From Ostrea edulis (taxonomy: Eukaryota), in NCBI RefSeq assembly GCF_947568905.1, contig NC_079171.1:37014001-37078000 (forward strand): DNA of 64,000 nt, read 5' to 3'. Position 1 is the first letter of the stretch, and each line of letters starts with the position of its first letter. Under the pieces are notes generated by a model. That model was not told where the DNA came from. It worked only from the letters and a program-made list of their open reading frames with translations, and did not search any database. The translations under genes and the position numbers were made by a program. This document shows positions 1 to 12,953 of the stretch, piece by piece.

Positions 1-221
1 ACAGTATATTGTTTAACGTCCCTCTCGAAGGGCTGCAAAATTTAGGTCTATGCTTGGTGCTTACGGCCTTTGAGCAGGGGGGAATCTTTATCGCACACAA
101 CTGCTGCGACACGGGACCTCGGTTTTTCCGGTGTCATCCGAAGGACCGCCCCCCAATTTAGTCGCCTCTTACGACAAGCAAGGGATACTTAGGACATATT
201 CTAATCCGGATCCCCACAGGA
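1..221 (-). mobile_element. SINE fragment (mollusc Meta-SINE-like), internally deleted
   Basis: The reverse complement carries GCTTGTCGTAAGAGGCGACTAAA, an ATAAAGATTCCCCCCTGCTCAAAGGCC-like central block and a GGGACGTTAAACAATATAC tail. A related copy lies at 61237-61520 and tail remnants at ~12913-12950. Family name is from recall. Confidence 0.7.
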
Positions 222-556
222 GCACATCGCAAGAGTATTTATAAAAATTGGTTAGAAAAATGAAATGATGACTCACTAACGACGATGTATTGCATATCAA
301 CCGAAATGCGAATACGATATTTTTGACACGAGCCATTGTGCTTGTTGAATATCGTGCAATTTTTCAAATCTAAGGAACGAAATCTAGATAAACATTCAAT
401 CAAATTTAGAATAGGTGAACATTGAAGAAACCTTTGTCTTCGTCTTTTATATAAGGTTTAGTTTGTGTTGCTGATAACACATATTCTGACCGAGTCGCCT
501 CCTGATGAAGAATGAAGATCTTACCTTTCATTCACAATTTCCAGATCTGCCGCTTG

Positions 557-1165
557 AAGCCAAAGCGGCAAATGTAGAAAAAAAAATCTTTTCTGATCAC
601 CCGTTATCTGCCGTCTGTCCTTTTGTAAACCTTTTACATTTTCAACTTCTTCTCTAAAACCACTGGTCCAATGTAAACCAAACTTGGAAAAAGGCATTTA
701 ATGAAGGGCGTTCAAGTTATTTAAATGATGGGCCATACCCTCTTTAAAGGGGAGATACTCACAAATATGCAAAAATAGCAAGGGCCATCAAAACTCTCCT
801 AAAAAAAATCGCTGGGCCAGACATGTTTGCATTTACATGAAAACTCCCTGACCTAGTCCAGATTCATGTTTGTTAAAACCATGTCCTCCGGGGGAAAGGT
901 GAGACAACAATAGGGGACGAAAGTTGTATATACCAACGCATAGAGAAAATCTTTAAAAATCTTCTGAAGAACCATTAAGTCAGAGAAGTATATATGTACA
1001 TGAAAGCTCCCTGGCATAGTGCAGATTCGAGTTTGTTAACATCACGGATCCCAGGGGTAGGGTGGGACACACTAGAGGATCAAAGTTTTCATGCTAATAT
1101 ATAGGAAAAATCTTAAAATATTGGCCAAGGCGACTCAGATGAGCGATGTGGCAAATTGGTCTGGA
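557..1165 (+). mobile_element. Helentron/Helitron-N-type non-autonomous element (HINE-like)
   Basis: Typical blocks TTTTCTGATCAC..CCGTCTGTC..ACATTTTCAACTTCTTCTC..AACCACTGG..AACCAAACTTGG and the 3' end ACTCAGATGAGCGATGTGG. Homologous to 33690-34798 and 27405-27765. Confidence 0.6.
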
Positions 1166-3257
1166 AGCACAATTAAGGTTCCAGTAAGGAGGCGTGTCCT
1201 AATCTATACAGGAATGTGCATCGTGACATCGCACATAAACAACAAAGTATTGCAATCTTTCAAATTATCATGAAATATAATAATTAATAATTAAATGCAC
1301 AGAAGTATAGGAATAAGTAAAAACATTAAACGGGTTTTTTGTCATTAAAGTAATCTTAGAAGTTGAGACATAGGCAAAATATTGATCGCTATGCACTTGT
1401 CATCATGATAGTCTGACGCATATTATTTGCAGTAATTGGCGCATCAACTGGGTTTTTTTCTTTATAAAAAAATGCATTATTATATTAATTTTACAATCAA
1501 ATGGAAAAATATTTGCAGATATATATAAAACTATTAATTTTAGAACAATTGCTTTTTTATCAACTCACTGAAATATTTTTCTATTTATCCCGTAGGAAAA
1601 CATTAATTCTTTATTGATAAGTGGCCAGATGGGCGGGTCTTAAAATTCAATTATTTGCAAAGGCATACCCTATTGCATCACAATGTTTTTTTTAAAAAAA
1701 AGTGAAACCTAGAAATATTAATCTATTTGAAAAATACTGCTATCCTGATAAAAGTTTAAAAATATTTTTTTTATTTTAAATAAAATGCAGTTAATTGTCC
1801 GTCACAATATTATTTCAACAATTATACCCCGAAATCTGTAGAAATTTGCAGCGTTTTCATAACTAGAGTGGTTGTTTAAAACATTAATGAATTAAAGTTT
1901 GAATTTCAACCTCATTATGCCTTTGTCTTTGCCTTTGCCAATATCGAAATTTATTAATGACCTCTATATCGCAGATATATTTGCTAAAACCACGTGACGC
2001 CGAATCACGTGATCTATCTAAATATAAAATATATAACGTCCTAAATATGTATTTTTAGTTCATCATATTTTAATTCAATATCAAGTAAAGTTCTAAAATA
2101 TTCCATTCGTATCAATAAATTATGCTTTTCAATTGCAAATTTTTGGGGATTTTCCATTTGCCACCTTAACTTTCTGCGTTCTTGTTTTTCAAATCATAAA
2201 GAACTATTTCATGGAAAATAATGAAGTACCCTATTCATTGAATGCTTAGGCTAAACACACAGATCTGTACACAATATTTCGTGTATACATGAGACAAAAC
2301 CCCAACAACACCCGCATACAACTATATAGGAGTTACTGATGCTGAGCATCAAAGGAGAATAAAAGATCGCATAGCATAGATCATATCATGGGATAAATTG
2401 ATATAACTGTTGATTAATCTCAAAACAATAAGCGGTCAACACATGTGCATTTTCATTATAGAAAACAACACTAGAAACTTGCTGACCTGGTCTGATCATT
2501 GTTTTGGGACTAATTCGAAGAATTTAACAAAAGACATTATCCCACCATAGGGAATTCGAATTTACAAACTTTCGATTATTGGTATTCGAGAGCACAATCC
2601 GAGACAACCATGAATGTATTCAAACTATCCTAAAAGTACTATTTAGATATATAATGTACTTGGGCCCGATTTTCTTTATTTCAGATATGATTTTATCGTT
2701 TGTTGCATAGATAAGTTTTATATAATTATTCATTGTGTTATTCAACATCCATTGCACCTCTTTACCGAAGTCTTTCATCTTCAGCTTTGTATCAGACAAA
2801 CAATGTAATACATTTTAAAACAGATAATTTCAAGAAATATATTGTATGTCCAAAATGTTTCTCAATGAATGATTTTTTTCTTCTAATGATTAAAACATTA
2901 TAAAGGGTAAAAGTGTGTCAAAAAAGTGTAGCATTATTGTCCAAGGAAATCATAAATTAGCTAATTTCAAAAGGCCCTATGAAAAAGTCTTCTAAAGTCT
3001 GTAATGATTAATAGAAAAATAAGTCTTGTTGAATTAAAAACTAAACCAAATAAAAAAAAAAAAAAAGCAACAAACAAACAAACATACTGTTATAAAAGAT
3101 AAAGTGTAAAAATATGTGTGATGTTGGCCCTATGTATGCATTCAGGTTATTTAGTTTTGAAGGAGAAAATGGAATATTGGGCACATTTTACACCAGTCGG
3201 CACATTGCAAAAGCTTATGTGTGAAACCAGACAGATGGGTCTGTTTTTGCCTAACGA

Positions 3258-3259
<2 letters not shown>

Positions 3260-3316
<57 letters not shown>
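3260..3316. repeat. (TA)n microsatellite
   Basis: Pure TA run seen directly. Confidence 0.98.
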
Positions 3317-3317
<1 letters not shown>

Positions 3318-5420
3318 TTAAGAATACAAACTCAGTTTAGTCTACAATTGGGAAAATGTATGTATAGGGTTTCAATCTAATTTGAAGTGTTTATATTTCG
3401 AATGTTTGTAGTGAAGTAGACTGTAAATTGTTATATTACCATAGCAATGTTATTCATGATGTACAGAAAACAATTTGTTTCTTATTCATTATGTAATGTA
3501 GGACCATAATGGAAACTAGCTGTATATGCTAATTTGTGTTATTCTGGATAAATAAGGTATATTATTATTATTATTGATTAAAAAGCATATTAATTCAAAG
3601 CAAAGTGTTATGCATCACTGAATGGATTTGAAATTACAAGGAAAGAACATATTTATTATATTTCAAATTTACATTTGCTAATGTTTTATCAGTGATAACC
3701 ATGGACAATAAATCTTGGGTTCTAACATCACTGTGAAAATCAAATCTCCTGAGGCCAAAACTGAAGGAAGAAAAAATAATAGAGAAAATATATATAAGAT
3801 AGGTGTTCCATAGGTGATATTCAATCTCAGAAGACAATATAACCAAAGCTGTGTTAGTAATAAAAAGATTTGAAAATGCTTCACTTGAAAATATGTTTTT
3901 TTGTGAGGCACGAAAGAGAAAAAAAGGTATTGTTATATCTGTTCACCCTTTTCTGATCTGATATGCTCAAGTGCAAATATATAACATTATATTGACATAT
4001 AACGCGTAAGATATCCGATCCATAAAAATATCTATTTTCAAAAACAATATATATTGTCTTTTTAAAAAAACCAAATTGTCTAATTATTAATGTGCTAACA
4101 GAAGCGGATATACATGGGAGTCTCCCCGTCTTTTACCCCACAAATTTACAAGGCAGTACTGGAGTATATATATGAAACTCCGAATTTGGCACCCCAATGG
4201 CTGATTATTTTGGTTAATACTTGACTTTCACACGCCCTCTTTTTTTCTGAAATCCTGAATCCGCCACTGGCTAAAGATGTGAAGAAAATAGATTAGACCT
4301 GGATCTATTTATAGCAAATTATACATTTTAATGTGAGTTATCTCTCCTTGTAAACATTTAGTAAAAATAGTTATTGTATAATTTGTATGGTGACCTTTAC
4401 TTTTCTTCACATATTTTGAAAAAACCATGGTGATCGAATGAGCTTTCTTTAGAAATTATATTCTTATTGACTTTATTTTTCAAGAATATGTTTTTCTCAT
4501 AGGGATTAATGTTACATGTATACTACAGGACAGATGTTTCTTTTGATTTCCGTAAATCACTGCATATGTTAAACTTACCTTTAATTTCTTTTGTACCGAC
4601 TTTTGTATTGCACAACATTCCTTTAAAAATGGGGCTTTTGTGGATCGGATATCTTGAAATAGGAATAGTCACTTTTGGATTTTTTAAAAAGTAAATGAAA
4701 TTAAAGTATATATTTGATGCGAAGTAAATTATAAATGTTGACTTTTAACCGAATGTTGAAAGTAAACAGGATTTAAAAGTGATCTTTATGGGTTTAAGTT
4801 TGCGTCTATACTTCTTTAATTAAAGTTGACGTAAAGGTAATCTTGAATTTTTGTGATCCATTGGGTGAATTTAGTTCCACAGTATTATTTTCTAAAGATA
4901 TTTTGCCATGCGGAGTTGAATGAACGAGGGAATGATTCAGGGTATCAGCTGACATCTGATCTATGAAGCACATATCTCATACACTTAAATAGATCACAGA
5001 TAAAACAGCCGAAATATGCTCTTTCGTCCCCAGTGGACTTTAAATTCAGTGATCAGTTTATCCTACATGACAAATCTTTTATATTCCATCTGAACTTAAC
5101 TCTTTAAGAAATATAAACGTATGATGCGTCATTTAAATTCTGACTATTGTGTCACCCTGCTATTTTTTTCTAATCATACAGAGACTTCACACGAGGCTAA
5201 GGTTATACACGGAACTGAGTTATTCTAAAATCAAATTTTTACCACTACTTATTCATTTGCTTCATGAAGCAGTATCTATAAGGATAAACTTTGTCAGAAT
5301 TCATACGTACAGGAAAATATTTTTTTCTGAAATTTCTTGTTCAAGGTTTTATTTTTACCAAATTCAGGCTTACAAGATTTTACTTGATCTGAAGGGTATA
5401 TTTTGTTAGAATTCATAGTT

Positions 5421-5810
5421 ATGAATGGCGAAGATAACGAACAGTAACCACAATCATCACTACTATAAGCAATACAAAATAGGGTTGGGCAGATATGGAC
5501 TCCTGAATATACCAGAGGTGGAATCAGGGTCCTTATTCACCAAACATCTTACGACTAAGCTGAAAAAATAATTCAGTCTGAAAATCAAATAACAATCATT
5601 AGATCATAAGTATGTATTCAAGTTTTATAAACCATGGCTGTACATATTAATTAAGAAAATTTACAAGAAATCAAAAAGTAAGACTACAGTGTTCATAAAT
5701 ATTGATCTTAGTCGTAAGATCATTTGTGAATAAGTGCCCAGGTGCCTAGGAGGAATAAGCATCCTCTGTCGACCGGTCACACCCGCCGTGAGCCCTATGT
5801 CTTGATCAAT
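5421..5810 (-). mobile_element. 3' tail of Penelope/Naiad-like RT element, interrupted by a MITE
   Basis: Matches the reverse complement of the 3' end of the long RT relic at 35095-36976 (GGGCTCACGGCGGGTGTGACCGG...TTATCTTC.CC). It is split at 5528-5738. Confidence 0.8.
5528..5738. mobile_element. Harbinger/PIF-like MITE
   Basis: 32-bp TIRs (27/32 match: GGTCCTTATTCACCAAACATCTTACGACTAAG vs GGCACTTATTCACAAATGATCTTACGACTAAG) and a CAG target duplication (5525-5527, 5739-5741). Removing it restores the host repeat ..AATCAGGTGCCTAGG. Confidence 0.75.
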
Positions 5811-6709
5811 ATCTAAGGAGAGGAGATTGGATTCTCTTAAATCATTTAAATATATTTAGATTTTAAATAGTGATCAAAGTGAAATTGACCTAATTTACCT
5901 AACTATTACATGATTAGAAGACAATTTGTTTTTGCATTTTAAACTTATTGGAAAATTTACTCGCAATTAAAAAAGGTATAAAAATCTAACGTTCGATAGA
6001 TGTATGTAGTAAATGAATGATTCTGTTTCATGTTTTTATGAAGAGAAAGTTTGAATTCCGAATGTAAACCTATGCGGTGACAATAGTATAAATCGAAAAA
6101 CAAAGCGAATAACAACTAAATTATCTCTTATTTTGTTTTAGATATGGTGATTTCAACATAATTTACAGTGTTATCCATTAGTTTATACAAGTATATATGG
6201 CAATGTTTTCCTACATTTGTTTCATGACCTAATTTTGTAATCATTAAAGCTTTTAAACATTTAATAGCATCCAATTAAAGAATGGCGCTCCAACGATTTA
6301 CTACACTTTTCATTTTACCAATTTTCTTGTATATTACGACTTTCACAACTCATCTCGCACTGATTAATGATAGACAACTTCATTTTGCTCAGATCTTGTA
6401 AAGGATTTGCCCCTGCTAATTTCAAATTGGAGGATAAAATTACCGATTTCTGATTTGTTTTGTTTTATTCATGAGCTATCCACGGGGAAATATAACAATT
6501 CTATAAAAAATAGAACATTGAAAACCTCAATTTATCAGCATAGTCTCATTAGTTATTCTATAGAAAAATGAAAATCAGTTACACTATTTACGCAATGAAG
6601 GTATTCATCCAACAGCTAGTAAATAATATTCACCTTTCACCTTCCATTTTTAACCTTAAAATTCTTAACCATTTGAGCAGTGTTTGTTTTGACAACATTT
6701 AATTAACTC

Positions 6710-7387
6710 TTAGGTCACCTGGGTAACATGTCACAATTGGTCAGCATCCGTCGTCGTCCGTCATGCGTTAACAATTGAACATTTTACTTCTTTTTGATAA
6801 CAACCATTCTAACTCTTTTCGAAATTGGTGTTAAGCATCTTTAGGACAAGGAGGACATAAATTATAAATTGCGGGACTCCTGTACCCCTTAGGGTCGGGA
6901 CAAAGATTGCCAGAAATTTAATTTTTGAAAATATTCATATATACAGCTACATAGAACAGGAAGGTCTCTACCAAAATTGTAAATTTCATGATTGCCCGGG
7001 GTAGATGTTTTGATTCAAAGGGCGGCGACAAACTTGGCATATAGTGGTTTTTGTATAAAACATTTAAATAAAATCTTGCTTAATGTTAATGATACCAAAT
7101 TGAAACTGAATGGATATTTTGAAGGAGCAAGTAATCAATTATCGAAATTTTATAATTTTATTTTCCCAATGGCAGGTCCGTGGTTTTGGTACCAGGATGC
7201 GAACATGGCCATTGTGGTATTCAGTGATTAAATGTTTTTATCATTTGAAAGACGTCTTTAAGTTTGCTGATACTGTATGAAACACTGACCAATCTCATAA
7301 CTCCTATAAGCAATTCAAAATAGATAGTTGGGCAAAGACATAAAACTAAATGCATATTTAGGAAAAGCAGAAAGGGATGCACCAAAA

Positions 7388-7432
<45 letters not shown>

Positions 7433-7735
7433 GCAACTCCAGGGTTCTGACTATAGGGCGCGCTAAATATGGACATATATTGTTAATATAATAATATGAT
7501 ATACATCATATTCTGTAAAGTCTTTTATCAATATCAACACTTTTGGGGGCTTTTGGGTGGTTTTTTTTTAAAGAACACATCTTGTTTTGTACTGTTGCTG
7601 AATAAAAGAATGTAGTCCATATATGCAGAATAGGAAAATTATTATAGATTCCATAGCCCTTAAGGCAAGTGAAACTTTTAACTAATGCCCAGGTGACCGA
7701 AAAGGCAAAAGGGCATGTGAGATTCTTGTTTGATA
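6710..7735 (+). mobile_element. Helentron-type non-autonomous element with satellite-like internal units
   Basis: 5' TTAGGTCACCTG..CATCCGTCGTCGTCCGTC..GTTAACAATTGAACATTTT, internal CTCTACCAAAATTGTAAATTTCATG units and a 3' CCCAGGTGACCG end. It contains a poly-A run (7392-7429) and a Naiad-tail fragment (~7240-7340). Confidence 0.55.
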
Positions 7736-9519
7736 TCATTAAGCATGGAAACAAATCGTTGGGAATTTAAAACAAAATCCACAAAAGTGCCTGATGGGTA
7801 GCAAATATTCAATTGCAAAAGCCGTCCGTTTTCAGAGTCTTCATTCGAAAATCCATATCGGTATTACAATGACTTGATCCCCGGTATTCTCTTTGCTATG
7901 GCAGTTAAGGTGGTATTTAAGTTTCGAAATAAACACATTAGAACGAAGAATGAATGATGTGAAAAGAAAACTTGATTGTACTTAAATGAGACCAAAGAAC
8001 AACACATTTCGAAGACAATAAGGGGATATGATATTTTTGTAGAAAATGTGTAACTAACATTTATTAGAGATTTGATGTATTTTCTGAAGGAAACAGGTGT
8101 AGACAATATATACCACCCTTGTTTATGAAGAGGTTAATGAAAAATCACAAGGAGAGTGGATTGCTCTAAGAAGGTGATTTGTTTTACAGACATGTCAGAG
8201 TTTCATGCAATCATTAAAATCTTCATCAACATGATTTATCTAATCTTGTCTAAACTGAAGATCAATTAACACATGTATCAATATAAGATATTTATATGGG
8301 TGATATGATTGATAGTATTGAAAACAATATTTTCGTTTTCTGGCTTCTACCTTAAATCTCTGTTTTGCAAATCAGTCAAAATGCTTTAGTGCAAATTTTG
8401 CATACAGTTCAGCTACTATAGTTACTGTGGAATTAAAGTCCTTTGTGAAGCTAAATGTTAATCTAAGTTGCAATTATGTTTCAATGACGGCATGTGAATT
8501 TTCAGACTTGGATTTAGATTTACTTTCTGTTGTTTTTCTTTTTCACGTCCAAGGCACAAGTTGTTTCCCACCAGCATAGATTGATTGATTGGAGTTTAGC
8601 GCTGCATTGGCAATATATTTAGCCCTTTTATGGTGGTTAACTAAACAAAATATGGTCGTTTTTGAAGAGTGTTGGAACAGTGTTGAAAAGAGTGAAGAGT
8701 GTTGAAATCTTAATTTCAGCATAGGAATTAAACAGAATAGATAAACAGTATATGTAACATTAGTATCTTTGTGAAACAGTGTCGTCCGTCATCTTGTTTC
8801 AGTACTTTGATTGAACCATAGTCAGATAGTTGTAACTAATTAAGAAATCTTTTCGCGGGATTGAAGAATTTTTAAAGCAATGTATGTTTGGGGGTTCCAT
8901 TTTATTCCACCCAAAAACCTGTTTATCTCTATCGTGCATTGAAGAAGTACATTTCAAAATGAAATGTTTATCAAGAATGATTAATCATGATAGTTTGTTC
9001 AGAAGTTTATGTATTTTGACACAAATTCTGATTATGAAATGCTTTGGTCTACCTCCTCAGTTATCTTTGTGTTTCTCATTCGTTGTTATCTTAATAGAAA
9101 CCTTAGATCCACTCGGCCATAATTAAACACCTAGAGAAATAAATTCGACTTGAGAAGAATCTGATTAGCGTTATAAAAAAAAAGATCAGAGGTCAGCAAT
9201 CTATACGTGTGCCACTTTGAATGAAATTCCTACCTTCAGAACGTTATTTTGTAAGAAGATTGATATGCGATCGTCGGCTGCTTTGTCCCGATTTACACAG
9301 CTCAACACCTATTGTAATTAGGATATTTAAACCTGTATGATTCTGTTTACGAATTCCTGTCTTCAGCGGCCTACATGCACTCTGTACTTTAACTACTGAT
9401 CAATATATACTTGAATATCAGCGCTTATATATTTCAAATGAGTATATTGATTATAAATGGTTATACAAAATTCAAATCTATCAATGTCGTTTGTTCTACT
9501 TTATTATGTTTACGATTAA

Positions 9520-11417
9520 GGTAATTCCCCATACCACATTTTAAAATTGAAAAACCTACATATTTCTATCAACATTTGCATGCATTTTGTCGAGGATGTA
9601 AATTGATCAAATTCCCGATGGAAAATATGTTTAGCGGCCTTTCCCAGAGTACAACCACTTCTAACAATAGAACACATCACTTTAAAACAAGCAGTGTTAC
9701 TCTACATACATTTTAAGGCACTGTCATTATTTAAACGATAGAAATATGTTTCTTTCATATGAATTGAAGAAAATGAATTGCATTTGACTGTTTTCAATAA
9801 TTTTTCATCTACTGAACCATGCTCTTGGTTTCAAGGTGATGAAAATGCACATATAGTGGTCAAATTTTGACTAATCATAGCCTACCATATCCGGAAAATT
9901 GTGTTTTCAAAAACCTTCAGATTTTTGAAACATTTCAATATGTTTTACCTTTACACTTCAGCAATCATTTGACATAAGAAGAAGATAGGGTATCGGATAA
10001 TTTGATAGCCCAATGACCCCCTCTAGGTTAAAAACCTTGAAAAAACGCATATTGGAAAATGGTGTCTAAAATTCCTATCTCGACAAACATGTTTCATTCA
10101 TTATTTACATTATTAAATTACTTTTTCAAGAAATATCACAGGGTGGATTTTGAAAAACAGTTTAAAACATTAAAGCTTCAAAAGCTAAAAACCACTTTCA
10201 TTGATTGCGGTAAGCTTTAGGGATCAGGCTTGAAGGTAGAAAAATCCTAACTTTACTATGGAGCTTACTAAATCCATAGCCTACGTCACAGGAACACTGA
10301 CATGACGTTACAATAGATGAAAAAATAAAATCTTGTCGCCAGATCTAGTTGGAACAAACTAATGTAGATCAGAATTTTTACATTTTAACGTTCATTCCGA
10401 GAATGTTAACCTATGCGCAAGTTACAAATTTGGGGAAATTCGAATGTTTTAAAACACCCGAATTCTGCATTCCTCATCCCCTTGGTAATTGTTATTTCCT
10501 GGTAGTTTTAACAATACGATACACCCATGCGATGTGAATGTTAACGACATGTAACTAACGCGTACATTCCGAGACGTTTTAATCAAAACATCAGTGAAGG
10601 TCATGTCCGGTCAGAAATGTGTTTTAGATAAAAGAAAATTACATTACGACACCCATGTTCCATACTGTACGTACAAGAACACAAACGTACGACACCTATG
10701 CCTAGATATACTGAGCGATAGGGCCTGAATATGTGACAAATATGTCAGCGTATGATCTAAATTGAACACCCTGAAATCATTAGACACAACAGAGATATGC
10801 CCATACATTGGACATGTACATACATGTATATGCACATTTACTATGACTTCGGAGGGCCTCGAAAGCGATTTTTGTCTTGTAAATAAACAAATTGCAAGGA
10901 GATTACAATGTCGGTATAGCTTTAGATTATGTATATATTTTATTTAGATCATGACGACATCGATCGTATTATTATAGGTTTAAATAAATTATAGGGAGAT
11001 TCGATATTTCTACCAGTCATTAAAGATCAGAAATCACGCAAAAGAAATTGCCTACAATAGATACATTGAAAGCTGCAACACGATTTAAAATCATAATCTG
11101 TAATATTTTCAGAAATCGCACAGGAATTTCTAAACGAATGTGTCATAACGCAATGTGTATCGAGAGTTTACGACTTCGTGATGTATATAACTATAAGCAT
11201 TTTCTCTCCCGAGCGTTGTCTTGTATAAACCGGCTTGTTTGTATTATTGCGATTCGTATGTTGTTGCTTTTTTAATTCTAAATTTTTGTTGTTTGCTTTC
11301 AAACAATCAGTTCTAATACGGTCTACAAAATTCATCAAAATTCGTTGAATGTGTGAGAACGTTCGTGACTCGTGAATAACGTTTCTAACATCATTTGACT
11401 TGGTGTGGGGAATTACC
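9520..11417. mobile_element. TTAA-flanked non-autonomous DNA transposon (Kolobok-like); copies at 14890-16787 and 20260-22171
   Basis: TTAA|GGTAATTCCCCATACCA ... TGGTGTGGGGAATTACC|TTAA (17-bp TIR, 1 mismatch). GG..CC termini with a TTAA target; no coding capacity. Confidence 0.75.
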
Positions 11418-11544
11418 TTAAATGAAAAACAAGTAAAAACATTCCACTTTATTTCATTTTTCGTCATCAGCTTAGCGGCGATATGAAATAATATTTCAGA
11501 TGGTCCAACCCGCTTCCCTATTTAATCCGCTCCTGTCATGTTAA

Positions 11545-12400
11545 AGGGACATGGACACGAATTGAGCTGAAAATTGTCAAATTGTATTTTCTTCTTCATT
11601 TTTAAGGTTTAGAATGCTTAACTAAGGTATTTCTGATGGTCAGCACAAATTTGAATGTCAGTTGTCGATATCCAGCTCATATTTCTTTGTTACGTAAACA
11701 AGGCTCATGTCATGTTTTAATGTTTGCATATAGGCTACATATCAACTAAATAGTTTTTAGTGTTTGGCACATCTCATTTTGTTTTGAACATGCAATTTTC
11801 TTTTAAGAAATCTATATGTCAACCAAAACATGGCATGATTCTTGTTTATATAACAAGGAATTGTGAGTGCTGTATCTCACTTATAACTCAATTTCCGATA
11901 ATCAAATTTTGGTTGACCATTAGAAACAATTTACTTAAGCATTGCAGTTTTTAAATCGAGGCAATCTACTGACAAACAGGTTGATGGTGCAGGGGTTTCA
12001 ACAGTCCCGATTGAAGTAAGCATTTCGCAAATTCTATGGTCATTATAACGATATAGATCGTCAATACAACCTATCATTGGGTCAAATGCTGTCTGACGTG
12101 TTTCATACCGATGTAAGGTCGTTCTTGGCAGACTTCTTTTGACTACGGATAACTGTTTACCTGATCAGGATATAGGGCCCACGGGGGATTTGCCGGTCGA
12201 CAGGGGACGCTTGCTCCTCCTAGGCACCTGATTCCACCTCTGGTACGTCCAGGAGCCGTGTTTTTCCAATGATCTATTTTGCATTTCTTAGAGGAGTTAT
12301 GACATTGATCAGTGTTCGTTGTCTTCACCTTTCATTGTAGGCAATAACAATTGGAAAATAAAATTTTAAAATTTTCAGCTCAAATCGTGTCCATGCCCCT
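11545..12400. mobile_element. TTAA-flanked MITE (Kolobok-like); copies at 16915-17770 and 22299-23148
   Basis: 31-bp TIR AGGGACATGGACACGAATTGAGCTGAAAATT vs AGGGGCATGGACACGATTTGAGCTGAAAATT (29/31), with TTAA on the left and TTTA on the right. Confidence 0.8.
11945..12335 (+). mobile_element. 5'-truncated Penelope/Naiad-like RT 3' fragment nested in the MITE; copies at 17315-17705 and 22689-23083
   Basis: Translates NRGNLLTNRLMVQGFQQSRLK*AFRKFYG, followed by the same 3' tail as 36600-36976. Confidence 0.8.
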
Positions 12401-12494
12401 TTTAGTACATTCCGATATTCGTGTATTAAACTTCCTACCATCAGGACATTGACTTTCTTACTTCTGTATATTGATTGATTGATTGTATCTTGCT

Positions 12495-12908
12495 GAAGAC
12501 ATTATTTGTCGAAATGCGCATCTGGTGCATCAAAATTGGTACCGTATAAGTTTTACATTATGACCCCTGGGTCGAGGCCTCTGCTGGTGGACTGTTAGTC
12601 CCCGAGGGTCTCTACAGCCCAGTAGCTAAGTACTTCGTTACTAGGTTGAAAATACGGATGTATATTTAATTGCTGTTATAAAATTTAGAAATTCATTTCA
12701 AAATTAAGGAGTATCTCCCTCATGCATAGCTCATATCCTTGGACGAATTTGGCTCCACTTGTTTGGCACGCTGTTTTTGGCTATATTTAGATCTAAAACT
12801 TGATAGTTATTTCGGATTTCAAACATTTCGGTTGAGCATCACTGAAGAGACATTATTTGTCGAAATGCGCATCTGGTGCATCAAAATTGGTACCGTATAA
12901 TTTTTACA
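12495..12908 (+). mobile_element. Non-LTR retrozyme-like insertion (351-nt monomer plus ~60-nt terminal redundancy)
   Basis: GACATTATTTGTCGAAATGCGCATCTGGTGCATCAAAATTGGTACCGTATAA occurs at 12498 and again at 12849 (period 351). It is flanked by TGCT (12491-94, 12909-12), absent at the orthologous site in unit 3 (23239-42), and contains a hammerhead. Confidence 0.8.
12836..12879 (+). ncRNA. Type I hammerhead ribozyme
   Basis: Stem I GCAUCA/UGGUGC; core CUGAAGA; stem II GAC-AUUAUUU-GUC; GAAA; palindromic stem III AUGCGCAU; AUC cleavage triplet, with the cut predicted after 12873. Confidence 0.85.
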
Positions 12909-12922
12909 TGCTTAACGTCTCG

Positions 12923-12953
<31 letters not shown>

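Noticed and set aside
150-221. HDV-like ribozyme in the SINE 5' region (minus strand, ..GTCGTAAGAGGCGACTAAA)
   Set aside because: A GNRA-capped hairpin and CUAA are present, but I could not build P1, P1.1 and P2 of the double pseudoknot. It would need a covariance-model search.
1174-2168. Possible TTAA-flanked element ending ..TTTGCCACC|TTAA
   Set aside because: The right end looks terminal, but the only left candidate shares just GGT, so boundaries are unsupported.
3118-3321. ORF ending in (YI)n
   Set aside because: Translation of a (TA)n microsatellite.
11455-11472. CTGATGA-C-GAAA on the minus strand (similar at ~28000-28012)
   Set aside because: No stem II and no complementary stem I, so not a hammerhead.
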